Virus record (IMG/VR): IMGVR_UViG_3300027770_000207
Span: 1 to 28,160 of that record
Reading direction: 5' to 3' (one strand)
From: a virus
Lineage: Duplodnaviria; Caudoviricetes
DNA length: 28,160 nt
Shown here piece by piece: positions 26,480-28,160 of this stretch (position 1 is its first letter; each line of letters opens with the position of its first letter). The translations under genes were made by a program, and so were the position numbers. Under the pieces are notes generated by a model. It was not told the origin of the DNA. It searched no databases and saw only the letters and a program-made list of their open reading frames with translations.

Positions 26480-28160
26480 TAGTATTTAAAAAAATTAGAT
26501 GGAAGAATTTTTTATCTACTGGTAATACTCCAATAGAAATAGAATTAAACAAAGCACCAACAACACTTATTATAGGAACAAATGGTAGTGGTAAATCAAC
26601 ACTACTTGATGCTCTATGTTTTGTTCTATTTAATAAACCATTTAGAATGATTAAGAAAGAACAGATCGTTAATACTATAAATGATGGTGATGCTGAAGTT
26701 ACTGTTGAGTTTACAGTTGGAACAAAAAATTACACAGTAACAAGAAGTATTAAACCAAACAAATTTGAAATATATTCAGACGGTGATTTAGTAAATCAAG
26801 ACGCTTCAACGATTGATTATCAAAAATATTTAGAAACAAATATAATGAAATTGAATTATAGATCATTTATACAAGTTGTTATATTAGGTTCTTCTTCTTA
26901 TGAACCGTTTATGAAAATGAAACCAAGATATAGACGAGAAGTTGTTGAAGAAATATTAGATATAAGAGTATTTGGTTTAATGGATTTGTTATTAAGAAGT
27001 CAACAATCAGATTTACAAAAGAACATAACAGAAATAAGACATAAGTGTGATTTAATTAACTCTAAGTATGAATTAGAAACAAAACACTTTAAAGAATTAC
27101 AAGGCAGAAATACGGATGACAAAGATTATAAAAAGAATATATTAGACAAAAACAATAAAAACTTACAAGAGTATCTTAAAAAAATTACTTTATTAAACGT
27201 TGAAATAGAAAACAATAAAAACAACTTAATTGAAAGAGAAAATGTTAATTCGAAAGCCAATCAATTATCTAAATTAGAAGCTAAGATTGAAAACAATTTA
27301 TTAAAACATAAAAGAACATTAGAGTTTTTTCAAAATAACGATACTTGTCCAGAATGTACACAGGACATCAATGAGAATTTTAAATCTACTAAAATAGATA
27401 GCGAAAGTCAAACAATACACAAATTAGAAGGTGGTTTACAAGATTTGTTATCTGAAATAATAAAAACAGAAACAAAAGTAAATGAATTGAATGCTGTATC
27501 TCAAAAGGTAAATGAATTAAACGTAGAAATTGCCAAGATCAACACTTCAGTTGACGAACTTAAAAAATACAGCGATAAGATACACGAAGAAATAATGCTA
27601 TTAGAAAACAAAGAATCAGATGGTAAAAACATACAAGAACAATTAGATAAGTTAAAATCTGAACTAGAAGAATCAAAAGTATTATTAGACAAGATAACGG
27701 AAGAAAAACAATATGTAGATGTTGTAAGAGAGATATTAAACGACAAAGGTGCCAAAGCCAAAATTATTAAAAAGTATTTACCTATTATGAATACTTTAAT
27801 TAATCAATATTTACAATCAATGGATTTCTTTGTATCATTTCATTTAGATGAGGAATTTAATGAAACAGTTAAAAGCCGACATAGAGATACTTTTGATTAC
27901 AATAATTTTAGTGAAGGAGAAAAGATGAGAATAGATTTAGCTTTATTATTCACTTGGAGAACAATCGCTAAAATGAAAAATAGTACTAATACAAATCTAC
28001 TGGTACTAGATGAAATATTTGATGGTAGTTTAGATGGTCAAGGAACAGATGACTTCTTTAAAATTATCAAATCAATGCCAAAAGAAAATATCTTTATTAT
28101 ATCTCACAAAGGAGATATTCTATTTGATAAATTTACTAATATAATCAAGTTTGAAAAAGA
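26476..28160 (+). CDS. gp46: Recombination ATPase gp46 (Rad50/SbcC-like), 3'-truncated
   Basis: Not in the ORF track. TTG start overlapping the gp47 stop, SD GGAGG at 26461. MIVFKKIRWKNFLSTGN, Walker A GTNGSGKS, zinc hook CPEC, FSEGE, VLDEIFD, ISH. Open to the window end. Confidence 0.95.
   Translation, partial: MIVFKKIRWKNFLSTGNTPIEIELNKAPTTLIIGTNGSGKSTLLDALCFVLFNKPFRMIKKEQIVNTINDGDAEVTVEFTVGTKNYTVTRSIKPNKFEIYSDGDLVNQDASTIDYQKYLETNIMKLNYRSFIQVVILGSSSYEPFMKMKPRYRREVVEEILDIRVFGLMDLLLRSQQSDLQKNITEIRHKCDLINSKYELETKHFKELQGRNTDDKDYKKNILDKNNKNLQEYLKKITLLNVEIENNKNNLIERENVNSKANQLSKLEAKIENNLLKHKRTLEFFQNNDTCPECTQDINENFKSTKIDSESQTIHKLEGGLQDLLSEIIKTETKVNELNAVSQKVNELNVEIAKINTSVDELKKYSDKIHEEIMLLENKESDGKNIQEQLDKLKSELEESKVLLDKITEEKQYVDVVREILNDKGAKAKIIKKYLPIMNTLINQYLQSMDFFVSFHLDEEFNETVKSRHRDTFDYNNFSEGEKMRIDLALLFTWRTIAKMKNSTNTNLLVLDEIFDGSLDGQGTDDFFKIIKSMPKENIFIISHKGDILFDKFTNIIKFEK

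Noticed and set aside
12277-27761. Remaining minus-strand ORFs inside gp18, gp19, gp20, gp21, gp22, 24300..24707, gp47 and gp46
   Set aside because: They overlap well-supported + strand genes and show no recognisable motifs.

Overview
An AT-rich (roughly 30% GC by eye) segment of a T4-like myovirus genome, most reminiscent of marine/freshwater pelagiphage/cyanophage-type T4-like phages (host assignment is inference). All credible genes are on the + strand. In order: 3' end of a Thr/Ser-rich repeat fibre gene; neck/tail genes gp13-gp14-gp15; two paralogous Gly/Pro-rich fibre/adhesin-like genes; four tandem 2OG-Fe(II) oxygenase-like genes; gp16; a ParB/Srx-like mini-ORF and a fifth oxygenase; gp17-gp18-gp19-gp20; five small head-region ORFs; gp21-gp22-gp23; gp3; uvsY; a sixth oxygenase; uvsW; a conserved hypothetical; gp55; gp47; and gp46 (cut by the window end, absent from the ORF track). 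Many gp55-type late promoters (TATAAATA), three sense sigma70-type promoters, one antisense sigma70-type promoter and two intrinsic terminators are visible. Main signals: (1) GGCC is strongly over-represented (74 counted by eye, versus about 9 CCGG and about 11 GCGC), while I found no CATG at all; (2) the oxygenase array sits beside Gly/Pro-rich virion-like proteins under a nested early+late promoter, a candidate virion-protein hydroxylation system; (3) repeated leaderless promoter-ATG geometry, which exposes a 17-aa uORF before the portal gene; (4) an antisense promoter back-to-back with the gp55 promoter.
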